A model generated the notes under the pieces. That model did no database searches. It was given only the letters and a program-made list of their open reading frames with translations, and was not told the origin of the DNA. DNA of 64,000 nucleotides from Fimbriimonadales bacterium (GTDB lineage: Bacteria > Armatimonadota > Fimbriimonadia > Fimbriimonadales > ATM1), in contig JBPCLO010000011.1 of NCBI GenBank assembly GCA_051003155.1, positions 32,001-96,000 of the forward strand. The letters run 5' to 3'. The position numbers and the translations under genes were made by a program. Shown one piece after another: positions 46,732 to 56,755 of the stretch; position 1 is the stretch's first letter, and the number at the start of each line of letters is the position of its first letter.

Positions 46732-47363
46732 ATGCAGTTTCCGAGTTTCGACTCTTCGAACCCGGTGTGATTTCGGCGGCTTTGGCACCTTAGCCAAGCT
46801 CGCGATCGCCATTGTTCTCGACGGCTTGGTTGGCCTCCAGCGAGAGATCACGGCTGTCCTGCGTGCTGACGCACATGATCGTCCGCCTCGGCGTGGAGCT
46901 GTTCAGCGAAGCGGGCCGATCATTCGGATCGCCGGCGCCCGACCGCGTTGCAGCCCAGGTCGTGACCGGTATCGGCTTTCTCGGCGCGGGGACGATTTTG
47001 CGAACGGGATTGGAGGTCAGGGGCGTGACGACCGCCGCGAGCATCTGGGCCGTCGCGGCCATCGGCATGTCCCTCTCGCTCGGAGGGTTCTTCTACTTGG
47101 TTGCCATCGGCGCCGCGCTGTCTGACTTTGGCGCCGTTCGAAATTGTCGGCCGAATCGAGAAGCGAATCCTGGAGGTGGACAAGGTTCGGCAGTTAGATA
47201 TCGAGGTCGATTTGCGATGTCTAGTTTCCGATATCATCGGCGCATGCACCGGAGTCGGTGCGCCCCCCGAGCGCGGAGGTTATCAAAGGAAAACGGGTTC
47301 GTCCTGAAGCTATCGGTACGCGTCGGCCATCCCGATCTGATCGCAGGGCGCTATGCAAATTAA
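46732..47363 (+). pseudogene. Frameshifted MgtC/SapB family gene
   Basis: GLVGLQRE / THMIV..G / RVAAQVVTGIGFLGAGTI..RGVTTAASIWAVAAIG and the C-terminal part lie in different frames. Confidence 0.75.
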
Positions 47364-47407
47364 AGGGGCGTCGCCGCCGCCGAAATTGGCGGGACGGGCG
47401 CAGCGAC

Positions 47408-48550
47408 CTAGGCGTTCGCTAGAGCCGCATCGAGGTCGTCGAGGAGGTCATCGACGTCCTCGATACCCACGCTCAGCCTCAGCAGCGACGGGGGGATTCC
47501 GATTGCGGCTCGCTCGTCTTCGGACATTGCCGCGTGCGACATCATCGGCGGCCAGCAGACCAGCGATTCCACGCCACCGAGGGATTCGCCCAAAATGAAC
47601 AGTCTAGTCGACTTCGCAACCCGCTTCGCGACCCCTCCTCCTCCTTTGACCTCGAACGAGACCATGCCGCCGAAGCCGCGCATCTGTCTCATCGCGAGCT
47701 CGTGCTGGGGGTGCGAAGTCAGGCCCGGATAGTGGACTCGGTCGACCTTCGGGTGAGCTTGGAGAAACTCGGCCACGGTCTGCGCGTTCTGCATGTGGCG
47801 CTCCATCCTTATCGCGAGCGTCTTTACTCCCCGCAAGGTCAGCCAGCAATCGAACGGGCTGGGCGTGTTGCCGGCGCTCTTGGCGTAAAGCGTCAGCGGC
47901 ACGGTCAGCTCTTCGTCCTTCCACATGAGAGCGCCGCCGACCACGTCGCTGTGTCCGTTGATGTACTTGGTGGTGGAGTGCATCACGATGTCGCAGCCGA
48001 GGTCGAGAGGGTTCTGCAGGTAGGGCGTGGCGAACGTGTTGTCGAGTGCGATGGTGGTGCCGGCGCCTTTCGCGACCGAAACGCAGGCGCGTATGTCGCA
48101 GATCTTGAGGGACGGATTCGTCGGAGTTTCTAGCCAAACGACCTTGGTGTTCGGCTTGATCTCCTCGGCGAGACAGTCAGCCCGGGTCGCGTCGAAGTAG
48201 CTGACCCCTATGTTCTGCTTCTTGAGAAAAACTTGGAAATATCGAAACGTTCCGCCGTAAATGTCTCTGGGTGCGACAATGTGATCTCCGGATTGCAGCA
48301 GCGAGCATACCGTCGCGACGGCGGCCATGCCGGTCGACTGTGCGAGCCCGAACTTGGCGTTTTCGATGCCTGCGTAAACCTCTTCCAGAGCCGCACGTGT
48401 GGGGTTTCCGGAGCGGGTGTAGTCGAACGGCGGCGGGCTGTCCAGGTCGTCCCACGCGAACGATGCGCTCTGGTAGATCGGCGGCATCACGGGCTTGTAC
48501 GGCGGGGTCGGCTCCTGGCCGAGGCGGATGGTCTTGGTTGAAAACTTCAT
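47408..48550 (-). CDS. Cystathionine gamma-synthase/lyase (Cys/Met PLP family)
   Basis: YTRSGNPT, ETPTNP, DNTFATP, HSTTKYINGHSD, ESLGGVESL, RLSVGIE. Confidence 0.93.
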   Translation of the reverse strand: MKFSTKTIRLGQEPTPPYKPVMPPIYQSASFAWDDLDSPPPFDYTRSGNPTRAALEEVYAGIENAKFGLAQSTGMAAVATVCSLLQSGDHIVAPRDIYGGTFRYFQVFLKKQNIGVSYFDATRADCLAEEIKPNTKVVWLETPTNPSLKICDIRACVSVAKGAGTTIALDNTFATPYLQNPLDLGCDIVMHSTTKYINGHSDVVGGALMWKDEELTVPLTLYAKSAGNTPSPFDCWLTLRGVKTLAIRMERHMQNAQTVAEFLQAHPKVDRVHYPGLTSHPQHELAMRQMRGFGGMVSFEVKGGGGVAKRVAKSTRLFILGESLGGVESLVCWPPMMSHAAMSEDERAAIGIPPSLLRLSVGIEDVDDLLDDLDAALANA

Positions 48551-48578
48551 CGGCTACGGGGGATGATACCATTCGGAT

Positions 48579-49049
48579 ATGTCGGTTCTAAGCGAGTTCA
48601 AGGCTTTTGCGATTCGAGGAAACATGATAGACCTCGTGGTCGGCGTGATTCTCGGCGCGGCGTTCACCACGGTGGTCAACGCGCTGGTGAACGAGGTGAT
48701 CATGCCGCCTCTCGGTTTGCTCGTCGGCGAAGTCGACTTCGGGGATTTGTTTGTCGTGTTGCGCGAGGGGAATTCGCCCGGTCCGTACTCGACGGTGGGG
48801 GCGGCTGAAAAGGCGGAGGCAGTCACTCTCAACTACGGCCGTGCGATCAATTCCTTCGTTGCATTCTTCATTGTTTCGTTCGTGGTCTTCCTTCTCGTGA
48901 AAGCGATGAACCGGATGCGCCAGAGAATCGACGCAGCAAACGGGGAGCCCGCAACTCAGGAGTGCCCGTTTTGCATCACTCAGGTCTCGTCGAGGGCGAC
49001 GCGCTGCCCGCAGTGCACCTCCGAGTTGGCGACTACACCGTCTCCGTAA
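48579..49049 (+). CDS. mscL: Large-conductance mechanosensitive channel with C-terminal zinc-ribbon-like motif
   Basis: EFKAFAIRGNMIDLVVGVILGAAF, LNYG; CPFC...RCPQC tail. Confidence 0.92.
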   Translation: MSVLSEFKAFAIRGNMIDLVVGVILGAAFTTVVNALVNEVIMPPLGLLVGEVDFGDLFVVLREGNSPGPYSTVGAAEKAEAVTLNYGRAINSFVAFFIVSFVVFLLVKAMNRMRQRIDAANGEPATQECPFCITQVSSRATRCPQCTSELATTPSP

Positions 49050-49674
49050 CCACGCCTTCCTCCATTCGGAGCACGCGGTCGGCGTCTTCGAGCATCGACG
49101 GATCGTGGGTGACCACGACGAGGGCTCCCTTACGCAGCGTACGCAGCAACTGGATCACGGTCTCGCCGGTGGCGTGATCCAGCGACGCCGTCGGCTCATC
49201 CGCGAAGATGACCTCCGGCTCGGTGTACAGAGCGCGCGCGACGCAAGCCCGCTGCTTTTCTCCGCCTGATAACTCGCTGGGCAGTCGATGCGCTTTCTCT
49301 TTGAGCCCCACGCGGTCGAGCAGATCGAGCGCTCTGGCGCGCGAGTTTGCCCCTGCAAGGGCGACGTTCTCGATCACGGACAAATATCCGAGGAGAAACG
49401 GCTGCTGAAAGACGAATCCGAACTTGCGCAGGCGCAGTTCCCCCCGCTCACTTTCCGACATCTGCGAGTAGTCCTTGCCGCCGTAGAGGACACGGCCGAG
49501 GCTCGGATCCTTCAGACCGCTAAGCAGATACAAGAGCGAGGACTTGCCGCTGCCGCTCGGGCCGAGCACTCCAACGAACTGATCTCCTCCCACTTCCAGA
49601 TCGACATCTCTGCAGGCGAAGACCTCGCGGCCGTGGTCCTCGTATACGAGGCTGGCGTCGCGCGTCTCTATCAA
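49033..49674 (-). CDS. ABC transporter ATP-binding protein (LolD/MacB-like)
   Basis: GPSGSGKSS, FGFVFQ, LSGGEKQR, FADEPTASLD, VTHD; TTG start overlaps the permease stop. Confidence 0.9.
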   Translation of the reverse strand: MIETRDASLVYEDHGREVFACRDVDLEVGGDQFVGVLGPSGSGKSSLLYLLSGLKDPSLGRVLYGGKDYSQMSESERGELRLRKFGFVFQQPFLLGYLSVIENVALAGANSRARALDLLDRVGLKEKAHRLPSELSGGEKQRACVARALYTEPEVIFADEPTASLDHATGETVIQLLRTLRKGALVVVTHDPSMLEDADRVLRMEEGVVTETV

Positions 49675-50810
49675 ACGACCCTTCTTTCCACAACCGAGAT
49701 CGGGTCGAAGTGGCGGAATCGGAACCAAACCGTAAACGCCGCGGCGAGCAATATCACAAGTGGAATCGACAACGTGTAAGCGTAGGCCCGCGGATCATAG
49801 GGGTTCAGCGAATAGGCGCGCGGGTCCATCAGCGTCGCCTTGATGATCGAGAGCAGGGCAAAGACCAAGCCCGCCCCAAGCAACCATCCGCTCACCACAA
49901 AAATAATCGATTCCAAAATTGCTCGTCTGATCAGGAATCGGCGAGTAAACCCGATCGCTTGCAACAACCCGAACTCCACAATTCGTTGCGAAAGGAAAAT
50001 ATTGATGAGCATTCCCATCATGATCGTAATTACCAAGACCAGCAGACCGATGACGATATTCAGGATTTTGAAAAGGACTTGAAATGTCTCGCGAGTATCC
50101 TTTTCGATGGTCGGATATGTGAAAGTAACCGCTTTTTGGCCCTTCAAGCTTGTTTCGGTCCAGGCATCGAGCCGGCGTTGTTCGGTTTGATTCTTCGCGA
50201 AGAGCATCAACACGTCGATCGGTGGAAAATGGTTTGCGGCCACGTATTCGTAGGAAGAAAATGCGAACCATTCCTTGGAATCGAATATCCCGACAACCTT
50301 CACATTATAGGGCGAGTAGTTCTTCTCGTCCTTTGGCCCGAGTATCGAATCGCCCAGCTTTAGGTCGAGGTTTCGGGTCAGTGGTTCGGTGATCACGACC
50401 TCGGGTTCACCCGAAGCCGGCAACCTGCCCCTGAGCGATCCCAGTTGGAATTTCCCAACGGCGTAATCTATGTCGCGCTTGTGAAATCCATAGAGGACGA
50501 AAGGCCAGGGGCCGACTATGCTCTTTACGTTGACGCCGACCGTACGACAGCTGACCATCCGCTCGATCGGCGCCGGGGATTTATCGAAATGCGCTCTGAG
50601 CTCCGGGAGAAATGCGGCATCGCCACGCGGCGTGACGCCCGTCATGAATCGGCTGAAGCTGTACACGGTCCGGATCGAAAGCGGAATCGAATTCATCACC
50701 GTAACCACCCCAGCGATTAGAAGCACCGCTAGCATAATCACCAGCACTAAAGGCGTGGACTTGCCAGGATTGCGCAGAAGGAACGCCCAAGGAGCGAGCG
50801 GCTTGCTCAT
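49671..50810 (-). CDS. ABC transporter permease (FtsX/MacB family)
   Basis: N-terminal TM, periplasmic loop, QRIVEFGLLQAIGF, three C-terminal TMs, DPISVVERR. Confidence 0.85.
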   Translation of the reverse strand: MSKPLAPWAFLLRNPGKSTPLVLVIMLAVLLIAGVVTVMNSIPLSIRTVYSFSRFMTGVTPRGDAAFLPELRAHFDKSPAPIERMVSCRTVGVNVKSIVGPWPFVLYGFHKRDIDYAVGKFQLGSLRGRLPASGEPEVVITEPLTRNLDLKLGDSILGPKDEKNYSPYNVKVVGIFDSKEWFAFSSYEYVAANHFPPIDVLMLFAKNQTEQRRLDAWTETSLKGQKAVTFTYPTIEKDTRETFQVLFKILNIVIGLLVLVITIMMGMLINIFLSQRIVEFGLLQAIGFTRRFLIRRAILESIIFVVSGWLLGAGLVFALLSIIKATLMDPRAYSLNPYDPRAYAYTLSIPLVILLAAAFTVWFRFRHFDPISVVERRVV

Positions 50811-50942
50811 GTGACGCTGATTATGACGTTCTGAACCCCTTCCTCTACTTTATTGTTCGCGGCGCACTGCATCGGCTGCCCGAAGCCTCCGTCACGAGGA
50901 AATGGAGGCAGGGGCAGGGGATGAAGGCTATACTCATCCTGT

Positions 50943-51956
50943 ATGGCTATCAAGGTCGGTATTAACGGTTTCGGGCGCATCGGACGCCTCACTTTTCGCG
51001 CGATTCAGGACAAGTATCCCGGCGAGATCGAGGTCGTCGGCATTAACGATCTAGCCGACCCCAAGACGAACTCGCATCTCTTTAAATGGGACAGCACGTA
51101 CGGCCCATACAAGGGCGAAGCCAAGTTCGACGAGGACGAAATCATGGTCGACGGCAAAAGGGTGCGCTCATTCAAGGAGAAGGACCCTGCCGCCATTGAT
51201 TGGGCGAACGTCGGCGCGCAGATCGTGGTGGAGGCGACGGGCATTTTCACCGATAGAGACAGGGCCGCAAAGCACCTGGGCGATACCGTCAAGAAGGTTA
51301 TCATCAGCGCCCCGGCGAAAGGGGAGGACTTTACGGTGGTTCTCGGAGTCAACGAAGACAAGTACGATCCGGCAACCCATCACGTGGTCAGCAATGCGAG
51401 CTGCACCACTAACTGCATTGCGCCGATGACGAAGGTACTGGTCGATAAGTTCGGCATCGAGTCCGGGCTAATGACGACCATACACAGCTATACGAACGAC
51501 CAGAAGGTCCAGGACCAATTTCACGAAGACTTGCGCCGCGCAAGGTCCGCCGGCCAGAACATGATCCCGACGAGCACCGGCGCAGCCAAGGCCCTGGGCC
51601 TAGTCATTCCCGAGGTACAGGGCAAGCTGAACGGTTTTGCGATCCGTGTTCCGACCCCGACCGTTTCGATCGTGGACCTTGTCGCAACACTAGCGAAAGC
51701 CGCGAGCGCCGAGGAAATCAACACCGCGATGCGAGAAGCCGCCACGGGACCGATGATAGGGATCCTGAACGTTTCGGACGAGCCGCTCGTGAGCAGCGAT
51801 TATATAGGCAACACGTTCTCCTGCACCGTCGATTCGGCTCTTACCATGCAAATCGGCGACAGGATGGCGAAGGTGGTCGGTTGGTACGACAACGAGTACG
51901 CCTACGCGATGCGTTGCGCGGACCTCATAAGATTCATGGAGAGCAAGGGCCTTTAA
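50943..51956 (+). CDS. gap: Type I glyceraldehyde-3-phosphate dehydrogenase
   Basis: GINGFGRIGR, SNASCTTNC, IPTSTGAAKA, WYDNE. Confidence 0.98.
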   Translation: MAIKVGINGFGRIGRLTFRAIQDKYPGEIEVVGINDLADPKTNSHLFKWDSTYGPYKGEAKFDEDEIMVDGKRVRSFKEKDPAAIDWANVGAQIVVEATGIFTDRDRAAKHLGDTVKKVIISAPAKGEDFTVVLGVNEDKYDPATHHVVSNASCTTNCIAPMTKVLVDKFGIESGLMTTIHSYTNDQKVQDQFHEDLRRARSAGQNMIPTSTGAAKALGLVIPEVQGKLNGFAIRVPTPTVSIVDLVATLAKAASAEEINTAMREAATGPMIGILNVSDEPLVSSDYIGNTFSCTVDSALTMQIGDRMAKVVGWYDNEYAYAMRCADLIRFMESKGL

Positions 51957-52024
51957 AGCCGTTTCTTTAATCTGCAACCGAGGAAACGCGTCAGGACCAT
52001 AATCGGTAGAAGGGTGAGAGCGTT

Positions 52025-52735
52025 ATGACCGAGCAAGAGCTGAGAGACGAAGTTCGCTACGAAGTGATGCGCGCAGGGCTAGACCGCCGATATGGGCTAT
52101 GGGCTGCCGTTCTCGCCGTTCTGCCAAGGGCGGAGGACATCACGGCGGTTGAGGCCCGGCGGGCAACGTCGGAAGCGATCCAACAACTTCTAAGCGAGGG
52201 ATACCTGTACGTATTTCGCGCACCGCGCGCGTGGGGTGATGAGGAATTGCTGATCGCGAGCGACCTCCAGGAGGCGATCGGCGATGATCGAAACTGGCGG
52301 CCTCGCAAAACGAACACCCGCCGATTGGCAAGGCTCGGCGCTACCGCCAAGGGCGCGGAAGCATTCCTCTCCGGAGCTTTCGGCAACCCTGCGCCTATGA
52401 CCCGCGCACCGTTTCCTGGCACGGAGACGCTCGATCTGCAGCCGTTTACCTTGGCCGAGGCGATTTCGCTTCTCCTAGCTGTGAGCGGCTTTTTCGGCGG
52501 GCTTTATCTGGGTTCGCTAATAAATATGGGGCCTCGCTTGTCCATCTGGTCCGCCTTCTTGATGTTCGGCCTTGGAATCTGCGGCCTCGCACTCGCGATC
52601 TTGGTTTGGCGGCGCCTAAATCCTGGCCTGGCAACTGGGCGCGAGATTGCTCGCGATCCGCATTACATTCCTGATGCGTACATGGATGGGCCAACCCTGA
52701 ACCCCCTCGATGAGTTCGGCAACCCGCGGTTTTAG
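52025..52735 (+). CDS. Hypothetical membrane protein
   Basis: Soluble N-terminus plus two C-terminal hydrophobic helices. Confidence 0.6.
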   Translation: MTEQELRDEVRYEVMRAGLDRRYGLWAAVLAVLPRAEDITAVEARRATSEAIQQLLSEGYLYVFRAPRAWGDEELLIASDLQEAIGDDRNWRPRKTNTRRLARLGATAKGAEAFLSGAFGNPAPMTRAPFPGTETLDLQPFTLAEAISLLLAVSGFFGGLYLGSLINMGPRLSIWSAFLMFGLGICGLALAILVWRRLNPGLATGREIARDPHYIPDAYMDGPTLNPLDEFGNPRF

Positions 52736-52749
52736 GTAACCTTTGAGCC

Positions 52750-54123
52750 ATGTCCCTTGCTCAACGGCTTGCGCATTACTGCGCCAATTTCACGTTCGAT
52801 TCTTTGCCCGCCGAGGCCGTACATGAGGCGAAGCGCCGCGTTCTGGACAGCTTCGGATGCGCGATGGGCGCGTATACGATGGAGCCCCCGAAGATTGCGA
52901 GGGAAGTGGCGCGGAGTGCCAAGAGCGATTTGGGAGCCACGGTGATTGGGACCGCCCACCAGTCGACGCCGGAACTCGCCGCCTTTGCCAATGGGACAAT
53001 GTTCCGGTACCTCGATTTCAACGACACATACTTGAGCAAGGAGCCCGCGCATCCGAGCGACAACATAGCTGCGCTGCTCGCCATCGCAGAGGCGTTCGAA
53101 GCCGAGGGTGAAGACTTGATCGCCGCGATCGTCTTGGCTTATGAGATTCAGTGCAGACTTTGCGATGCTTATTCGATCCGGTCACGCGGTTGGGATCATG
53201 TAACCTACGGCAGCTTTTCGACGACGGCCGGGTGCGGAAATCTTCTCGGGTTCAGCGAGGAACAGTTCGTTCACGCTTTTGGATTAGCGGCAACCCCCAA
53301 CAACGCCATGCGGATCAACCGCGCCGGCGAATTAAGCATGTGGAAAGGATGTGCCTTTGCGAATGCTTCGAGGAATGGCGTTTTTGCCACGCTTTTGGCG
53401 CATCTCGGAATGAGCGGGCCTGCGCCGATTTTCGAGGGCGAAATGGGATTTTTCGACGAGATCTGCCGTGGGGATACTTTCGACCTGCAGAAACTGGGAG
53501 GCGAAAACGGCGCAGGTTATATGATCAATAAAACGTACATCAAGAAATACCCCGCCGAATACCATAGTCAGAGCGCGATCGACGCCGCGTTGAATTTGGT
53601 CGAGCAGCACGGCGTCGTCTTCTCGCCGGAAGAAATCGATGAGATCGAAATAGCGACCTTTACGGCAAGCTGGGAGATTATCGCGAAAGACCACGAGAAA
53701 AATAGGCCGAAGAGCCGGGAGACCGCCGATCATAGCCTCCAGTACATGACTTGTGCGGCACTCGTCGACGGTTATGTTTGGCACGACACCTTCGACGAAA
53801 AGCGATTTACCGACGAGGAATTATTGGGCGTCGTAGCCAAAACGAAGGTCATTGCCGACCCCGAATTCGACAAACTTTATCCAGAGCACGGAATTCCCAA
53901 CCGCCTAACGGTTAAAACTAAAGAGAAGACCTACACCGACACGGTGGTTTCTCCTCGCGGTCACGCGCTCAACCCGATGAACGACGAAGACGTCGTTGCG
54001 AAATTCCGAAAAATGGCTGAGCCGATGCTCCGCGAATCCCAGATCGTAGAAATCATCGATCGCGTTTCGAACCTCGAGAAAGAAACCGACATCACCGGTC
54101 TCCTTATGAATTTGGTGGTCTAA
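52750..54123 (+). CDS. prpD: MmgE/PrpD family (2-methylcitrate dehydratase-like)
   Basis: NGTMFRYLDFNDT..EPAHPSDN, GWDHV, GELSMWKG, PAEYHSQ, ETADHSLQY, PRGH. Confidence 0.88.
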   Translation: MSLAQRLAHYCANFTFDSLPAEAVHEAKRRVLDSFGCAMGAYTMEPPKIAREVARSAKSDLGATVIGTAHQSTPELAAFANGTMFRYLDFNDTYLSKEPAHPSDNIAALLAIAEAFEAEGEDLIAAIVLAYEIQCRLCDAYSIRSRGWDHVTYGSFSTTAGCGNLLGFSEEQFVHAFGLAATPNNAMRINRAGELSMWKGCAFANASRNGVFATLLAHLGMSGPAPIFEGEMGFFDEICRGDTFDLQKLGGENGAGYMINKTYIKKYPAEYHSQSAIDAALNLVEQHGVVFSPEEIDEIEIATFTASWEIIAKDHEKNRPKSRETADHSLQYMTCAALVDGYVWHDTFDEKRFTDEELLGVVAKTKVIADPEFDKLYPEHGIPNRLTVKTKEKTYTDTVVSPRGHALNPMNDEDVVAKFRKMAEPMLRESQIVEIIDRVSNLEKETDITGLLMNLVV

Positions 54124-54150
54124 CTCAAGGTAGGGAGTGGAGGAAAGTAC

Positions 54151-55485
54151 CTATTCGTGCGACTTCTTGCCCTGATCGAGGCTTGTCACCGTCCCGATAA
54201 GCGTTTTTTCCACCTGCTGGGCGTTACCGCTCTGTAAATCGCGGATCGCTTGCGTGACCTGAAGCGCTTCCTCATTGCGGCCATCTTGCGCCAAAAGCAT
54301 TTGCGTCTTCTGCAATTCCGCAACAGCCATGGCCGTGGTAATCTGCCCCGCCTTTAGCCCCATCATCGTTTTCTCGACCACCCGGCTGGCGAGCGAAACT
54401 TCAATCGACCGCGCAACAATCGGATTTTGCGGGAGCGAACACTTGGCCTCGTCAGCTGTAAATTCGAGAACGACATCAATGTCAACGCTTTCGGCTTTGC
54501 CGGTGATCGCATCATCATACGCGAGCCGCCCGGCGGCGACGCGATATTTCCCCAGTGGATGGTTCGGAAACTCGAAGTCCACTGCAAGACCCAGGTCCGT
54601 GCCCTTTTCGATATCGGCCAGATTGATTTCGACCATACGCTCGCCAAACGGAACATCGTGGCCGTAAACTTGGCGCAAAGCGCACCAGCGGGCGGTTTTC
54701 AAGTTCAGCTTCAGGTTTCGGGCCGCCATCGTCATCAACTTGTCCAGCTCCGTGCGAAAGACTTCCGGAATTAACTCGGGCCTCGAAATAAAGTAATAAT
54801 TCCCACCAGAACGCTTTGCCATACCTGCGAGCAGTTCTTCGTTGTATTCATATCCAAAGCCGAGGAACGTGCTCGATATGCCGCGCGCCTTAATTTCGCC
54901 GACATGCTGTACAAGAGCGTTGTAATCGCGGATTCCGGCAGTGGGTTCTCCGTCCGTAAAAACTACGAGACGAGTAATGAATCCGCTCTCGTTCGTCGAC
55001 ATTGCCTGCTGCATGGCCAAGGATAGCCCGTCGTATAGATTAGTCGTATTCCCCGGCACGATGCGGTTGATATTCTCCTTGATAAGGTCTCTATTGATCA
55101 CTTTTCTCGGCGGCATCAAAACGTCGACCACTTCTTCAAAAGTCACGATGCTGAGCACGTCTTCAGGTGATAAGAGATCCACAACATAGGCGCACGCTTT
55201 TTTTACGTAATCGAGAGGCTCGCCCTCCATCGATCCGGAGCGGTCGATCACGAGGCAAAGATTGAGGGGTGTCCTGGCCCCGCCGAACGCCCCGTCCACT
55301 CCCTTGAAATTGACGAGGAACTGCTCGCGTGCTGGGCTATTAGCAAGCGCACACGGCCGTCCGGCAATCACCTCGACCTCCAGACCCCTCGACGGCATGC
55401 CCTGCATCGCCTGCGTGCGGTTGGGGTCGCCGATCATCTGCGTGCGGTGCGGGTCGTTGGTAAGCTGCGTTTTGTTGGGGTCCAT
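54151..55485 (-). CDS. vWA domain protein with N-terminal DPxxTQ repeats
   Basis: Likely start MDPNKTQ...; PLNLCLVIDRSGSM, FTDGEPT, YNEELL..MA..SGGNYYFI. Confidence 0.85.
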   Translation of the reverse strand: MDPNKTQLTNDPHRTQMIGDPNRTQAMQGMPSRGLEVEVIAGRPCALANSPAREQFLVNFKGVDGAFGGARTPLNLCLVIDRSGSMEGEPLDYVKKACAYVVDLLSPEDVLSIVTFEEVVDVLMPPRKVINRDLIKENINRIVPGNTTNLYDGLSLAMQQAMSTNESGFITRLVVFTDGEPTAGIRDYNALVQHVGEIKARGISSTFLGFGYEYNEELLAGMAKRSGGNYYFISRPELIPEVFRTELDKLMTMAARNLKLNLKTARWCALRQVYGHDVPFGERMVEINLADIEKGTDLGLAVDFEFPNHPLGKYRVAAGRLAYDDAITGKAESVDIDVVLEFTADEAKCSLPQNPIVARSIEVSLASRVVEKTMMGLKAGQITTAMAVAELQKTQMLLAQDGRNEEALQVTQAIRDLQSGNAQQVEKTLIGTVTSLDQGKKSHE

Positions 55486-55487
55486 TC

Positions 55488-56753
55488 TTACTCCAGCCGG
55501 AAGGTCGTGCTCCCGATTGTGACGAAGTCTCCGGGGCGGAGCGCCATTTCTTGGACGCGTACACCATTGACAAGAGTTCCGTTCGTGCTCCCGAGGTCTC
55601 GAACGAGCACGCCGCTCGGCGAAGGCGTAAAGGAAGCGTGCCGCCGACTGGCGGACTGGTCGAATGCCAGCGCGCCTTCCCTGCCCAGCACCAAGTCCGA
55701 GAGGAGTGGAAATTTCTGGCCCGAGATCGGGCCGCTGGTCGCCACAAGCGAAAACGTTTGAGCAATCTGAACCTGTGGCAAGCTGATGGCAACTGGTGCG
55801 GGAGGTTGCCGGTCGCTGGCCACCGCAACATCCGGCGGACTCCGCAGAAGAAAGCGGAGGCTGAAAGAGCCGATATTGATCGTGTCTCCATGGTTCAACA
55901 AGGCTTCGGGAACGCGGACGCCGTTGTGTCCGATCCCGAGGGCCGATCCGCCATCCACCAAACGGTAGTTGCCGCCTCCACGGACGATACATGCGTGCAT
56001 CGGCATCACGTTGGGATCGCCGAAGAGTGGCACGTGGGCGTTTTCGCTTCGTCCGATAAAAGTCTGCGGCGCGTCGACGATCCACTCTTTGCCTTCGTTC
56101 CTGCCGAGTTCCAGCCGCACCCACGCCTTTCGTCCAAGAATCTCAACGATTCCTATAAACAATCCTATGGCTGCGCCCATCGCTGCGCTCGCGATTGCTC
56201 TTGAAACTAGGCCAACTTCGCCCGTTAGTTGTCCGCTAGCTCTGAGCAGCGCCGGGCCGACGATAGAGCCTACCAAGTCGAAAACAAGCCCGCCAACGGC
56301 TCCTCCGATCATGCCCCCGATCGCGCCCTGAATGCCGCGACGCAAAGACCGCGAACCCAGGCCGTGCATGACCCCGACGAGGCCGCCGAACGGTACGAAG
56401 ACTAGCATCCTGGCGGGTACGACGAGGGGGTTCGCTCCTCGCTGCAGGTCGAAGATAGCCGGACCAAAGATCGCCGTAGCGAGTGTGCCGCCGAGCTGTA
56501 GCCCCACGTACCCACCGAACCCACCGAGCAAAGCGCCTAGAAGCAGCCCCCTTAGGAAATGCGTTCGGCTGCCCTGGATCCAGCCCGAGATGGCGCCGAT
56601 GGCTCCTCCGATGCAAGCTCCAACCATCAAGGAAAAAACCATCTGCCAGCCCGCGAACGATTCGTCCAGGCCCGGCGCAAAGGGCTCGGTCACGGCCCAG
56701 CCCGCAAGCCCGGCTGCACCCGCCGCGATCATCATGAAGAGGAGCTTCCCCAT
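55488..56753 (-). CDS. Multi-TM Gly-rich membrane protein with two FHA domains
   Basis: IGRSE..HACI..NG and LGRE..SRRHA..DLGSTNGTLVNG. Confidence 0.88.
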   Translation of the reverse strand: MGKLLFMMIAAGAAGLAGWAVTEPFAPGLDESFAGWQMVFSLMVGACIGGAIGAISGWIQGSRTHFLRGLLLGALLGGFGGYVGLQLGGTLATAIFGPAIFDLQRGANPLVVPARMLVFVPFGGLVGVMHGLGSRSLRRGIQGAIGGMIGGAVGGLVFDLVGSIVGPALLRASGQLTGEVGLVSRAIASAAMGAAIGLFIGIVEILGRKAWVRLELGRNEGKEWIVDAPQTFIGRSENAHVPLFGDPNVMPMHACIVRGGGNYRLVDGGSALGIGHNGVRVPEALLNHGDTINIGSFSLRFLLRSPPDVAVASDRQPPAPVAISLPQVQIAQTFSLVATSGPISGQKFPLLSDLVLGREGALAFDQSASRRHASFTPSPSGVLVRDLGSTNGTLVNGVRVQEMALRPGDFVTIGSTTFRLE

Positions 56754-56755
56754 GC

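Noticed and set aside
55486..56124. N-terminal 213 aa of the 657-aa vWA ORF
   Set aside because: Overlaps the FHA gene in another frame; real start is likely 55485
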